Part shown: positions 52,136 to 62,507 of the stretch, one piece after another
Layout of the letters: each line of letters starts with the position of its first letter
Numbering within the stretch: the stretch's first letter is position 1
Virus record (IMG/VR): IMGVR_UViG_3300032294_002055
Span: 7,878-71,877 of that record
Length of the DNA stretch: 64,000 nt
Strand: one strand, 5' to 3'
DNA from: a virus
The notes under the pieces: model-generated
Database searches by the model: none
What the model was told of the DNA's origin: nothing
The model's input: the letters and a program-made list of their open reading frames with translations, nothing else
Position numbers and translations under genes: made by a program

Positions 52136-53625
52136 AAACTTATATAGACAACAATTACAAATGGTTCGAACAAGCCGTTGTAGCTGTTTGCAGAACAAAT
52201 CTTCAAAGTTTTAAAAAATTCAGCCCAGTGCTGTGTTTAAAGTCTGGGTTTAAAGATAAACATTCAGATGATTTTGAGGAACACTATCACAACATAATCT
52301 ATGATGCCATTCGTGGATATAATAGTTTATTTGAAGGTGCTAGCGAAAGCGTATTCAGACCTATAGGTACTCAACAGTTACAAACCATGCTCCATGAGCG
52401 TGCTAGTAAAGGCGAGATTGTAGGGTTCTCTGAAATTCCAGATATTATTAAATACTTTGTAGAAGCTATTGAGCCGTTCCCTGGCGGGGAAGACACAGCG
52501 TATATAGTTAATACAGGTATACCATATTATCTAAAGAACATTAGAGCTAAGAAGATTATTAACAGTGCTTCTTTGCTTGGTGCTAATCTGGATGATTTGA
52601 CTTTGTTATGTGAAGCGGATGTTACGCTTATCAACAAGCTAGATGACGGAGGTAAACTCCTCATTGATATCCCGGATAGAATTGAACTCGCTGACATTTC
52701 TGAGTTTGATGATCCTAACAAAGTTCTTATTGAAACTTTAGATTGTGACATACCTAAATTGAATGAAACTATTTCTTCATTCAGAAAAGGGCATGCCTAT
52801 TTATTTATCGGAGGTACTGGTTCTGGTAAAACTATTATTGCTTGCCAGTTAGCAGCTGCTTTCTCTTATATTAATGGAGCATCTGGTTTGTATATCTCTA
52901 CGGAGCAAAAACACGACGAGCTATACAGACGTATCGTTTCTAATAAGTGCAGTATTCCACATCGCACTATTAGTAATGGGATTTTTAAAGATAAGCTTAC
53001 ACCTAATGAGCTTCAGAGATATTTAGATTTCAGACAGAAGGCAAACAACCTTAACTCTGGAGATGCTCAATTTATTAACTGGGGTAACTTTCAAAAACAG
53101 GCAGACATCAACATGATCAAAAAGATTGAAGATGAAATTGACCTGTATGAAAAAGATAGCGGTAAGAAAGTTGAATATGTAATTCTTGACTGGATTGGCG
53201 GTGCGTTGGGATCCATGGCAGAAGCGGGAGATAAAACTCGCCACATCTACCAGGCTGCAGCCGACGCGTTAGAAGAGCTTTGCCGTAAAAGAAATTTTGT
53301 GGCTATTGCTTTTGCTCAGGCTGTACCATCATCCGTTAATAAAGTTAAGATCGATTCACAAGATCTTTCTGAGTGTAAAACCATGGGCAGAAATTATTCT
53401 GCTATCATTGGTATATCCAGCTTGTACTCGGAAGAGTATGCCAAGCAGGTAGATCAAGAAAAGAATAAGAAACGCAAAGATTATAGGGTGGGCTCTGAAT
53501 TAGACGAAGCCGCTACCTATGGCACGAAGCAGTTCTTATTTATTTCAAAGTCTAGGTTTGGCGATCCAAAAGCTGTGCCATTCAAAAGAGAATACGAGTA
53601 TCAAAGAATCGCACCATGGGTGTGA
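52111..53625 (+). CDS. dnaB: DnaB-like replicative helicase
   Basis: GGTGSGKT, YISTEQ, VILDWI, FAQ and KSRFG motifs. Confidence 0.85.
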   Translation: MAKCSKQLETYIDNNYKWFEQAVVAVCRTNLQSFKKFSPVLCLKSGFKDKHSDDFEEHYHNIIYDAIRGYNSLFEGASESVFRPIGTQQLQTMLHERASKGEIVGFSEIPDIIKYFVEAIEPFPGGEDTAYIVNTGIPYYLKNIRAKKIINSASLLGANLDDLTLLCEADVTLINKLDDGGKLLIDIPDRIELADISEFDDPNKVLIETLDCDIPKLNETISSFRKGHAYLFIGGTGSGKTIIACQLAAAFSYINGASGLYISTEQKHDELYRRIVSNKCSIPHRTISNGIFKDKLTPNELQRYLDFRQKANNLNSGDAQFINWGNFQKQADINMIKKIEDEIDLYEKDSGKKVEYVILDWIGGALGSMAEAGDKTRHIYQAAADALEELCRKRNFVAIAFAQAVPSSVNKVKIDSQDLSECKTMGRNYSAIIGISSLYSEEYAKQVDQEKNKKRKDYRVGSELDEAATYGTKQFLFISKSRFGDPKAVPFKREYEYQRIAPWV

Positions 53626-53644
53626 AAAAAACTTCACATTTGTG

Positions 53645-53678
53645 TTGCGCGACCATCGCGCCTTGCTAACATCGCGCC
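53645..53678 (+). promoter_or_regulatory. promoter with overlapping direct repeats
   Basis: TTGCGC-N16-TAACAT with extended TG; CATCGCGCC x2 at 53654 and 53670. Confidence 0.5.
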
Positions 53679-53682
53679 CCTT

Positions 53683-55149
53683 ATGCTTTGGAAACCTTGT
53701 GCCTTCGTTAAGACTGAAGAGAGACCTCGCCGTCCTGTGGCTCATAATACGTTGAGTATTCCTGACCACATGGTGATCGCCTCTGAAAGCGATATTCCTG
53801 TTCTATCCATAGCGTTGAATTTCAACAGCTTGGAAGAGAGGACTAAAGCAGAAGTTCTTGCTCTGATTCAGCATATGAATCAGCAGGGTAAATTCGTTTC
53901 CAAAGAATGGGTGTTTACACGTCTTAACTTCAAAGCACGTAAAGCAGATGACATCTTTGCTGAGCTAAAGCGTGAAGGTAAGATTGAGGATTTCCTTGCA
54001 GTACGTGGACCACGTCAGCACGGAACCTATTGGCGCATAGCAGGCAAGAAGGCGCAAAGAGAAATGCAAAGAGTGCATGCATCGATACGCCGCGCTCGCC
54101 GCGCTACTATTTTGGAGAGTATTAACTCTCCTGAAGGTTCTCTGGAAATCAGAGAAGAAGCCCAAGCAAATTCTATTTCCGGGGATGACTTGGAAAAAGA
54201 ATTTGAATCTGTAGAAAAAATATCATTGCGTCATCAAGCGACTTCCCGGAACCATGAAAATGGAGCTCCGGGAGATGGCTTGGAAGGAACGCATTACACA
54301 GAGGCAGGATGCTTTGAACGTCTATCAAACCCGGAACGTAATCCTACGGAATACGCTCTCATTGAGAAACTTGCAGAAGCATCTGATGACAAAATGCTTA
54401 CCCCGGCAGCAGCTAGAAGTGCTGCTAGAAGAATCGATTCAGGCGTCATAAATAAAATGTCTGTCGCCAAGATTTGTAAAATTATTGAATCTAAACAGTT
54501 GGTTTACAGTCTTTTAGATTTGATTCGTAACTTTGATGAAATCCTCAAAGATAATTGTGATACTATCAGACCCGGTGAACTTGATTATATTAATGACCAG
54601 ATTAATGAGATGGCTGAGGGAAGTTCTGAGAACTATGTCTTCAAGGAAATTGCTTTAGCTTCTAAGATGCTTCGTGAACTTGATTCAAATGTTGAAAAGC
54701 TGACCTACAATGATTATTATAATTTTGTTAGATCCTATTCAATCCCTGTCTATGCTAAACTCGTTGCTCTAAGTCTGTCTAAATATTATAAACCTAGTAT
54801 CATTAAGTTGTTAGCTGTTGAATTTGAAAAAACTCTGTTTTCTGAAATTGCTGCTAATCTGTCTGTATATAATTTCTTAGTTAACTTTAAAAAGTTTAAT
54901 TTTATTAATTGGTCTGATTTTGCTGAGCATCGCCGTGAAACTGTTGATAGCCTTAGATGTACTTTATTCATAAACAAACTTCGCAACAGAAAACTAGACA
55001 TGTTCGCTAGTCAGTTGCATTTCTTTGACCGCCTATATGCACACGGAAGTCAATACAACTCAGGGTCTATCCTCGAGCACGATACCGAGGGATATTCTGA
55101 TACTAGCGGAAGCTTTGAGCCGCTTACATGGACCTGCGGTAATTCGTAA
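53683..55149 (+). CDS. hypothetical DNA-binding protein (winged-helix-like N-terminus)
   Basis: SKEWVFTRLNFKARKADDIFAELKREGKI; lies between helicase and primase. Confidence 0.45.
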   Translation: MLWKPCAFVKTEERPRRPVAHNTLSIPDHMVIASESDIPVLSIALNFNSLEERTKAEVLALIQHMNQQGKFVSKEWVFTRLNFKARKADDIFAELKREGKIEDFLAVRGPRQHGTYWRIAGKKAQREMQRVHASIRRARRATILESINSPEGSLEIREEAQANSISGDDLEKEFESVEKISLRHQATSRNHENGAPGDGLEGTHYTEAGCFERLSNPERNPTEYALIEKLAEASDDKMLTPAAARSAARRIDSGVINKMSVAKICKIIESKQLVYSLLDLIRNFDEILKDNCDTIRPGELDYINDQINEMAEGSSENYVFKEIALASKMLRELDSNVEKLTYNDYYNFVRSYSIPVYAKLVALSLSKYYKPSIIKLLAVEFEKTLFSEIAANLSVYNFLVNFKKFNFINWSDFAEHRRETVDSLRCTLFINKLRNRKLDMFASQLHFFDRLYAHGSQYNSGSILEHDTEGYSDTSGSFEPLTWTCGNS

Positions 55150-56302
55150 CGAGTCCAACGGCTTTCACATTTATTTACCCTCTCCTGAATGTTTAAAAAC
55201 AGACGGGAGAAAGGAAATACAAAGTAAGCATTTAACTGTAAATGCTTCTAGATATAAACAGACAGATGATTGGATTCAAAAGCATGGGCATTTAAGAGAT
55301 GACCTTGCTAAAGACTACAGTGCTGTCTGTCACAAAACTAATACCAAGTATAAGGTATCTGATTTGTTAAATGAGAGAAAGTATCCCACTCTAGAAAAGA
55401 GAGGGTTACAGAATATATCTTCTAAAATTATTCAGGCTGCCACACAGCGGGCTGATAGTTTAGTAGATGATGGTAAGGGTAACCTGATTCCTATGGATCC
55501 AGGGGTAGTTATTCCAATTACTGATTTACCGCCACTTCATCCTGCTGTTGTATATCTAAAAGACAGAGGGTATGATTTGAATCTTTTGTACACGCAATTC
55601 AAGTGTTCATTCTGCACACAAGAAAATCCGGAGAATGCCGCAAAAGGTATTTTCTATAAAAGACTACCGCTTGACTTCAAAGACACGCCGCAAGGAAGAA
55701 TAGTTTTCTATTCTTTTATTAACGGTGTTCAAGTTGGGTGGCAGGCCCGTATTATTGAACGTGTAGAAGGTAATCTAAAATATTATCTTCACCCGTATAA
55801 AAATAATTGGGTAGCGACTGAACAGAAGCATGCAGAGACTGGTAAATGGGAACCAATTCCCGGGATAGAAATTAAATTAGATGGCTATACCATAGAATGG
55901 AAAGTTGCTAAATATAAGACAGCGTTTGGTATGCAGCGTAATGAAACCCTTATGGGTGTCGATGCTGCTATCAAATTCAATAAAGTATTAGGACTTAAAA
56001 AACCTACTGCTTTTATTGTGGAGGGTCCTTTAGACGCAGCTCGTATTGGTCCAGGATGTGTTGCACTTCTTGGTAAGTATATGAGTGAGCGTCACGCTGA
56101 CCTGCTGGTTAGTAAATTCAAAAGACTAATTGTTGTTGCTGACAACGACAAGGCAGGCAAAGAGATGGCTAATAGAATTAAACAATTGATGAGTGAGAGA
56201 AATGTTGAAGTTGTCTTCGTCGACATTCCTGAGCAATACAAGGACGTTGGCGAAATGACATACGATGCAGCACTTAATTTGGTATACAAACATATAAACT
56301 GA
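55037..56302 (+). CDS. dnaG: DNA primase (TOPRIM)
   Basis: YLKDRG, GRIVF, GWQAR, IVEGPLDA, ADNDKAG and KDVGE motifs. Confidence 0.85.
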   Translation: MHTEVNTTQGLSSSTIPRDILILAEALSRLHGPAVIRNESNGFHIYLPSPECLKTDGRKEIQSKHLTVNASRYKQTDDWIQKHGHLRDDLAKDYSAVCHKTNTKYKVSDLLNERKYPTLEKRGLQNISSKIIQAATQRADSLVDDGKGNLIPMDPGVVIPITDLPPLHPAVVYLKDRGYDLNLLYTQFKCSFCTQENPENAAKGIFYKRLPLDFKDTPQGRIVFYSFINGVQVGWQARIIERVEGNLKYYLHPYKNNWVATEQKHAETGKWEPIPGIEIKLDGYTIEWKVAKYKTAFGMQRNETLMGVDAAIKFNKVLGLKKPTAFIVEGPLDAARIGPGCVALLGKYMSERHADLLVSKFKRLIVVADNDKAGKEMANRIKQLMSERNVEVVFVDIPEQYKDVGEMTYDAALNLVYKHIN

Positions 56303-56303
56303 C

Positions 56304-57527
56304 ATGAGCACACAGAGCACACACATGATTAATGAGATTAACCACCGCGTACGCAGTGGAGGTATGTACTGGAAACAGTATAATATTTTAAAAGTGAATG
56401 TATGGTATTTTGCTTCAGAGGCTAGACTTGCAGATACATCACATCCTAAATGGTTGATTACTAATACTAATTTAGCCAAGCTTCTTAATGTAAGCGCAAA
56501 TAACTTGGCTAGTTATAGAAACTTAGTTTCAGATACTCAGGCTATTTATCATGACGATGCGCCGACGCATTTTGTTTCTGATGCTATCAAAACAACGAAG
56601 CGTACACGTCAGTTGATGTGGACTCTTTCTGGTGTGGATTTTATTCTTAACAAGTCTGGTATTCGTTTGCATGATCTGACCAAAGCTAATATGCTTTCTT
56701 GGCTTGCCAAACAGGCTGCTTCGTATGGAGTTGCATTATCTCCTGTGCAGCAAGATTTACCTATTTTCTCGCAGCCAGCACCTGCGGTTAAAGATGCGCC
56801 TATTAGTCCACGGATTAAATCTGTGGCTGACGCTAAACAAAATATTATTGAAGCTGTTCATTATATCGTTGATATTATTGATCAGCTATGGATCGAGCGT
56901 AACAAGCGCCGTGAGTTAGAGGTAGAAGTAGCAGCTCTGCGTGATCGGCTTTCTTCAGCAGTTAGTAAGGGTGCTCCTGCGCCTGCTCCTAAACCAGTTA
57001 AGCAAGATACTAAAATTCAAAACTTGAAGTTTAGTTCTAATAAAAATCCAGACATATACATCGCCGCTAATGAAAGCCTAAGTCAGTATATTTCTAGAAA
57101 AGGTAATAAGCATCACAAAGCCGAGCAGCTTACTCGTATGGGTCTACTGAATAGTGATCAGATTTACTCTCTGTTCTCTAGTTTCTGGACTGATCCTACT
57201 AATAACAAACTTATCAAGAAGGCTAAGTTTCAGGATGTGTTGCGTGATGTGTTTCATATGAAACATTCCACGCATCGCACGCCAATGCTTAAATCAGAAA
57301 TGATTAGAGACAACATGGCTATCGTGTGTCAGGTGTTCTGTAAAAAGAAACCTAATCCTGTTGATGATCACGGGAACAAATTGGAACTAGACAATCCTGC
57401 CTATGTATCCAGTCCTGAACCTTGTGTTCGTTTTCAGACACGTTACACATCGAAAGCTATTGACTATCTGAAGAAAAATTGGTACATGCTGCTTGAATCA
57501 TCAAGTGGACAAAAAATTAAAGCTTAA
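56304..57527 (+). CDS. hypothetical basic DNA-binding/antirepressor-like protein
   Basis: Basic composition, central coiled coil, N-terminal LAKLLNVS HTH-like segment. Confidence 0.4.
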   Translation: MSTQSTHMINEINHRVRSGGMYWKQYNILKVNVWYFASEARLADTSHPKWLITNTNLAKLLNVSANNLASYRNLVSDTQAIYHDDAPTHFVSDAIKTTKRTRQLMWTLSGVDFILNKSGIRLHDLTKANMLSWLAKQAASYGVALSPVQQDLPIFSQPAPAVKDAPISPRIKSVADAKQNIIEAVHYIVDIIDQLWIERNKRRELEVEVAALRDRLSSAVSKGAPAPAPKPVKQDTKIQNLKFSSNKNPDIYIAANESLSQYISRKGNKHHKAEQLTRMGLLNSDQIYSLFSSFWTDPTNNKLIKKAKFQDVLRDVFHMKHSTHRTPMLKSEMIRDNMAIVCQVFCKKKPNPVDDHGNKLELDNPAYVSSPEPCVRFQTRYTSKAIDYLKKNWYMLLESSSGQKIKA

Positions 57528-57693
57528 ACTGACCGCCAGACTGGCTCATCTAGAGAAATTAATAGATGAGCCAGTTATGGAAGATTTCGATTCAGGCCTT
57601 CGTGCCGGACATTGGGAAGAGATAGTATTTATAACAGAGGTTTTGAAAGAATATGGAGAATCAAAAGAAGGACAAGGTAATACCTGTTCCTGA
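57493..57693 (+). CDS. hypothetical protein
   Basis: Small ORF filling a gap; start uncertain. Confidence 0.35.
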   Translation: MNHQVDKKLKLKLTARLAHLEKLIDEPVMEDFDSGLRAGHWEEIVFITEVLKEYGESKEGQGNTCS

Positions 57694-60600
57694 TTATACT
57701 CTCCCACCGTTACCTCTAGTTGAAAAGACTGGGTCTATACGTGGGCACAACGGAGTAACATTTGTTGCTGGTCAGGGTAGTCAACCTTCAGATATAATGT
57801 TTATTGCTTCTTGCATATCACCGCAGGAGGCTAGCAGATTTATTAAAGGCAGGGATGGGAATGAAGGTGTGCGAGTTCAGCCTCGTTATCTTCGCTCAGA
57901 CGCAGGAGTTATATTTACTGATATTTTTAATCAGGAAGGTATAGACCTGTACAAGTGTTATTATACAGCTTTGGTTAAGTGGCTTTTGCCAAAGAACGAA
58001 AGAACTAAGATACCAAAAGATATTGTTAACTGGGCGCTTCCATCTTTAGAGGCGGAAATACAAGCGGTTAATCCTAAAATCATTGTATGTATAGGTAAGC
58101 CTATATTTGACCTGCTATCTAACATCAAGCTTTCGCTGAGCGATGCTAAGAGTGGTTGGTTCTACAATGAGAAGTACAATGCTAAGTTGTACCTGATTGA
58201 CGACACATACAAGCTAGTCACTAACCCGGAATACATTGAAAAGTTCCGGGTAGAAGCTAGAGAAATTAATAGGATGCACGATGAGATATGCAATATATCT
58301 ACCGGACGCATTCCTCTTGAGTATGAGACAATTACTAACTCCTCAGATTTAAAACGCGTAGTAAGTAATTGGAAACAAAATAGTTTTACTGTAATCAGTG
58401 TAGACTGTGAGTGGGCAGGTAACAATCATATAGATGGTAAACTGCGCAGTACTCAGTTTTGCTGGGCTCCAGGAAAAGCTTGTTATGTTCGCTGGATGGA
58501 TGACAAAGGTAATTACGTCTTTGACATATCTTATAAAGAAGCCGGTGCTATACTTTCTGAATGGTTAGATAAGGAATATGTTAAATACATAGGTCATCAC
58601 TTCGCTGCGGATGCTCCTTGGCTACATCATGTGCTAGGGTTGAACTGGTATGAGAAATGTATCTTCGATACTGAGTTTGCACAGCAGACAGCTAATGAAG
58701 CTGAAGACCTTTCTTTGGAACGCATAGCCATGAAATACACTGACCTGGGGCGTTATGACCTAGATCTGGTTTTGTGGGTAAAGCAAAATAAAGCTTTAAT
58801 GGAAGATGGTGGTTATGGTGCGATACCTGACGACATACTTATTCCATATGCTTGCAAGGACGTGGACACAGTGTTCCGTGCTTGGCCGTTTATTTATCGT
58901 AGTCTGCAGATACAAGATCTTGTAGATTATTATGATAAAGTTTTCCATCCGTTTGTTACGGATGTGTTTATAAGCTTTGCCTTGGTCGGCCTCCCAATGG
59001 ATGTCGCTACAATGGACGAGCTTAGAGTGTTATATACATTTGCTAGAGACAAAATGGAAGCTATCCTACGTGAAGATATTCACATAGAGGCTAAGAACTT
59101 TGTTCTCGTAGCATTTGCAACCAGGTTACCTCCTGAGATTGCATCTGAGAAATATCTAGAGTTTATTTCTTTAGTTGTTAACTCTGAGCATACAGAGGCT
59201 TGGGCTATTCTCAAAAGCGCGGCCAAAAAGCCCGATGATGTGCCTAAGCTGAAGTCTATCTTTGATCACTACATTGATAGCGCTCACTTTAATATTAGAT
59301 CTGCTGCGCATCTTAAACGCTGGCTATTTAATGTTAAAGGGTATGAGCCGATTAAATCGACTAGCAACAAAGAGAAAGGTCTTCCTGCTACATCGTGGGA
59401 AAAGATTATGGCTATGCCTCCCGAGGCACAGAAGAATTATAATCCAGCTGTGGATAAACAAACTCTACAGATTCTGTCAGAAAAAAATAACGATAGGATT
59501 CTACGTAAACTTCTACAGCTGAACGCTGTGGGTAATATCTGCAAAGCTTTCCTCAAGGAAGCTGATGTGGATGCTGACGGTAATGTTGTAAAAGAAAATG
59601 GTCTTCATTTTTTCCTATGCAGTGACAACCGGGTGCATGGGCAGATGAGTACAACGGAAACTGGACGGCCTCGTAGTTGGAAACCCAACTCACTAAACTG
59701 GCCCAGTTATGTTAATTCTATGATTTCCAATGGTATATCGGATCTATTCGGTAAACTAAAGGAAAGAGGTGAACTACCAGAAGAGTTTGAGAAATTTATT
59801 ATTAAGGATGAGAAGGGTGAGTATAAGAGTAAGGTGCCTTCTATACGTAGCTGCGTTAAAGCTCCTGAAGGTTGGTGCTTCGTAGAGTCAGACTATCAGA
59901 CTGCAGAAATTAGAGGACTAGCATTTATTTCAGGCGACAAGAACCTGATTGATATTGTTTGTAATCCTGACCTAAATTTTGCAGTAACGAAGGACGACAA
60001 GAAAGTTCGTCTGTCTTTCCCTCCAGAAGTATTTCCTCCTTCCGCTCAGGAAGAATATAAACATCTACTAGTATCCCCGGATGATCCCTCCCTAATAAGA
60101 AAAGATGATGGTTCATTGAAAAATCCAAAGCAAGACCTTCACTGGTCTCTAGCTGAGATGGTTCATATTAAACCAAGAGAAGTGCTTGATGAGAAGAAGG
60201 ATCGTGGTGCCGCCAAGGTTGGTAATTTCAGTTCCGCCTATGGTGCCTCGGCCTCAACTCTAGAGCGCAAAATTGAACAGGATACAGGAAAGAAACCTGA
60301 GGAAGGTACTGGTCTACGGTTGCTTAAAGCGCTTGAAAAGCGTCAGCCTGTAGCTCAAGACTTTCTGATAAAGATGGAACGCGTGCCAGAGAAGCCGGGT
60401 TATTACCGTGCAGCCTCTGGTCGAATCCGTCATTTCTCTTCCCACGATCCAAAATATCTAGATGACATAGACGAACATTTGACTATGGGTCTCTTCAAGT
60501 CTATGGGTAGGGAAGCCCGCAACTTTCCAATGCAAGAGAGTGTAGCAGCTACAGCCGCGAGAGCAGGCAAGTGGCTACTAGACACTTACATAAAGTTAAA

Positions 60601-60838
60601 AATGCAGGCCAGACCCTTGATTATTTTATATGATTCCGTTGTTACTCTTTGTCCACTTGAAGAACGATTTAAGGTTGCACAACTGCACCAGCTCTTTATG
60701 ACGGATGAGAACACATGGGAGTACCACGGGAGAAAAATGAACTATCCTATTGATACCGACTTTGTGTATCGCTGGTCTGCAAAGCCAGATAAAAATGATA
60801 AAAAATTGCTAGAAGATAAAACTTACAAAACCAACTGA
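57653..60838 (+). CDS. polA: family A DNA polymerase with N-terminal UDG-like domain
   Basis: Exonuclease motifs VDCE, GHHFAAD and YACKDV; motif A DYQTAEIR; motif B RGAAKVGNFSSAYG; motif C LYDS; N-terminal EIQAVNPKIIVCIGK of UDG type. Confidence 0.92.
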   Translation: MENQKKDKVIPVPDYTLPPLPLVEKTGSIRGHNGVTFVAGQGSQPSDIMFIASCISPQEASRFIKGRDGNEGVRVQPRYLRSDAGVIFTDIFNQEGIDLYKCYYTALVKWLLPKNERTKIPKDIVNWALPSLEAEIQAVNPKIIVCIGKPIFDLLSNIKLSLSDAKSGWFYNEKYNAKLYLIDDTYKLVTNPEYIEKFRVEAREINRMHDEICNISTGRIPLEYETITNSSDLKRVVSNWKQNSFTVISVDCEWAGNNHIDGKLRSTQFCWAPGKACYVRWMDDKGNYVFDISYKEAGAILSEWLDKEYVKYIGHHFAADAPWLHHVLGLNWYEKCIFDTEFAQQTANEAEDLSLERIAMKYTDLGRYDLDLVLWVKQNKALMEDGGYGAIPDDILIPYACKDVDTVFRAWPFIYRSLQIQDLVDYYDKVFHPFVTDVFISFALVGLPMDVATMDELRVLYTFARDKMEAILREDIHIEAKNFVLVAFATRLPPEIASEKYLEFISLVVNSEHTEAWAILKSAAKKPDDVPKLKSIFDHYIDSAHFNIRSAAHLKRWLFNVKGYEPIKSTSNKEKGLPATSWEKIMAMPPEAQKNYNPAVDKQTLQILSEKNNDRILRKLLQLNAVGNICKAFLKEADVDADGNVVKENGLHFFLCSDNRVHGQMSTTETGRPRSWKPNSLNWPSYVNSMISNGISDLFGKLKERGELPEEFEKFIIKDEKGEYKSKVPSIRSCVKAPEGWCFVESDYQTAEIRGLAFISGDKNLIDIVCNPDLNFAVTKDDKKVRLSFPPEVFPPSAQEEYKHLLVSPDDPSLIRKDDGSLKNPKQDLHWSLAEMVHIKPREVLDEKKDRGAAKVGNFSSAYGASASTLERKIEQDTGKKPEEGTGLRLLKALEKRQPVAQDFLIKMERVPEKPGYYRAASGRIRHFSSHDPKYLDDIDEHLTMGLFKSMGREARNFPMQESVAATAARAGKWLLDTYIKLKMQARPLIILYDSVVTLCPLEERFKVAQLHQLFMTDENTWEYHGRKMNYPIDTDFVYRWSAKPDKNDKKLLEDKTYKTN

Positions 60839-60839
60839 C

Positions 60840-62444
60840 ATGTCATTCATTCCTACTGATTATTCACAAATTCAAAAGCAGCTTAAAGCCGAAAAAGAAA
60901 ATAGCTACTGGGGTGGCTATTTTAAAACAGGTGTTTACGGCGGCACCCCTACACAGAAGAAATCTTATTCTGGTAGAATTCTACCAGCATTTAATTATGC
61001 GTTGTCTCAGGCCGATTCAGAATTCCAAACTTCTTGGATGCCTTATCGTAATGCAGACAACATCGATACAGAAACCAATCAGCCAGTTCTCAGCGCTTTC
61101 TTTGCTGTAGTTGGTGCTTATTCTTGGTTCGGTAATAAACAGGTATCCTTCCTGAGTCCGTCCACTCTACGTTTTACTCACAGTATCTCGCGTGGTCCTG
61201 AGCTCATTGATCCTGTGCAAGATATTCGCAACTTCGCCAAGAAGCACGATGATCCTGCTATCCGTTCTTTGACTGAGCGTCCTGAGAATAAGAAAGATGC
61301 CAAGATTGTCATCCCTTATCCTCAGCGTCGTTATGTATTTAATTTCTATGGAACAAACGGAGTTGACCGTAATCATAAAAATTATTTGATCGATGTCTCG
61401 CAGAAAGCATTCGAAGATTTGGCAGGTAAGCTGTCTGAATGGCGTCCTGCTCATGAGCAGACCATTGATCCTAACTGGCCTCATTATCTTTATGGTGACA
61501 TCACCGATCCGAAGAATGGTATATTTGTGGAAACCACATCTATCCCATCCAATCCGCAGCCATTTAATGGTTTCGTATTTACTACCGGGTCTCACAAATC
61601 TCTAAAGGGTGTTAGACAGTTCCCTGTTCCACCAGAAGCTCTTGCTGGTCGTTATCATCTGTATGGTGACAACTCCGCCTTCAAGATTATGGGCGCGCAG
61701 GAGATTGTTGAATTCCTCGTAGAGGATGGTGCAATTCCTTATCATCTGATTGAGGAAGTCTGCAGCAACTATGCGCATGTTCCTGCTCGTCCTAGCAGAG
61801 CCAAGGTGTTCCCTGGTTCTGTGTCGGAAGAAGAAGACATGGATTCCTATCGTCCCCCGGTAGTTAATCCGTACATGCAAAAACCTGCTGCTCCTGTTCA
61901 ACCAGCTGCACCAGTTTTTGTTGCTCCTATCGCACAAGAAACGCCGCCATGGGAGGAGCCAGCGCCGACTCCGGTTGCTCCTCCGCCCCCGCCACGGCCA
62001 GCAGCTCCAGAACCTAGATTCTGGGTTTCTATGAATGGGAACATTGAAGAGGCTATATACACCAGTACTGAGGTGCAAAATCTCATCTTCAAGAATCCTG
62101 GACGTACGTTCAGCGTTTGCAGTACTGAACAAAATAGCCCGTGGCAATCGCCTAGTGAAGCGGGGTTCTCAACTCCGCCAACAAGCAAGCCAACGCCGCC
62201 GCCTCTTCCGAGTGCTCCTGTAACTGCAGTACCTCAACCTGCTGCAGTACCTTCTATTCCTGCTATGCCTAGTGCTCCCCCGCCAGTACTACCAGCTAAA
62301 CAGGCAACTTCTTCGGTTTCTGATTTAACACCAGAAGAGCTAGAAGAATACAATTCGTTAAAGGAAGGATTTGGCCGAGGTTCGCTGTCGACAATGGAAC
62401 TTACTAAGTTCGTGAAGTACGCCAGCAGAATCGAGAAGGCTTAA
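60840..62444 (+). CDS. putative ssDNA-binding protein with Pro-rich linker and GYF_2-like domain
   Basis: Lies between polA and recA; GRILPA and ITDPKNG gp32-like motifs; RFWVSMNG...YTSTEV...W segment. Confidence 0.5.
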   Translation: MSFIPTDYSQIQKQLKAEKENSYWGGYFKTGVYGGTPTQKKSYSGRILPAFNYALSQADSEFQTSWMPYRNADNIDTETNQPVLSAFFAVVGAYSWFGNKQVSFLSPSTLRFTHSISRGPELIDPVQDIRNFAKKHDDPAIRSLTERPENKKDAKIVIPYPQRRYVFNFYGTNGVDRNHKNYLIDVSQKAFEDLAGKLSEWRPAHEQTIDPNWPHYLYGDITDPKNGIFVETTSIPSNPQPFNGFVFTTGSHKSLKGVRQFPVPPEALAGRYHLYGDNSAFKIMGAQEIVEFLVEDGAIPYHLIEEVCSNYAHVPARPSRAKVFPGSVSEEEDMDSYRPPVVNPYMQKPAAPVQPAAPVFVAPIAQETPPWEEPAPTPVAPPPPPRPAAPEPRFWVSMNGNIEEAIYTSTEVQNLIFKNPGRTFSVCSTEQNSPWQSPSEAGFSTPPTSKPTPPPLPSAPVTAVPQPAAVPSIPAMPSAPPPVLPAKQATSSVSDLTPEELEEYNSLKEGFGRGSLSTMELTKFVKYASRIEKA

Positions 62445-62456
62445 TTTTAGCTTCAG

Positions 62457-62484
62457 ACGTGCTGCATGGAAACGTGCAGCACGT
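62457..62484 (+). terminator. strong hairpin, terminator or mRNA stabiliser
   Basis: ACGTGCTGCATG-GAAA-CGTGCAGCACGT with a weak T tail. Confidence 0.6.
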
Positions 62485-62507
62485 TAACCTTTATTATTAA
62501 ATATTTT

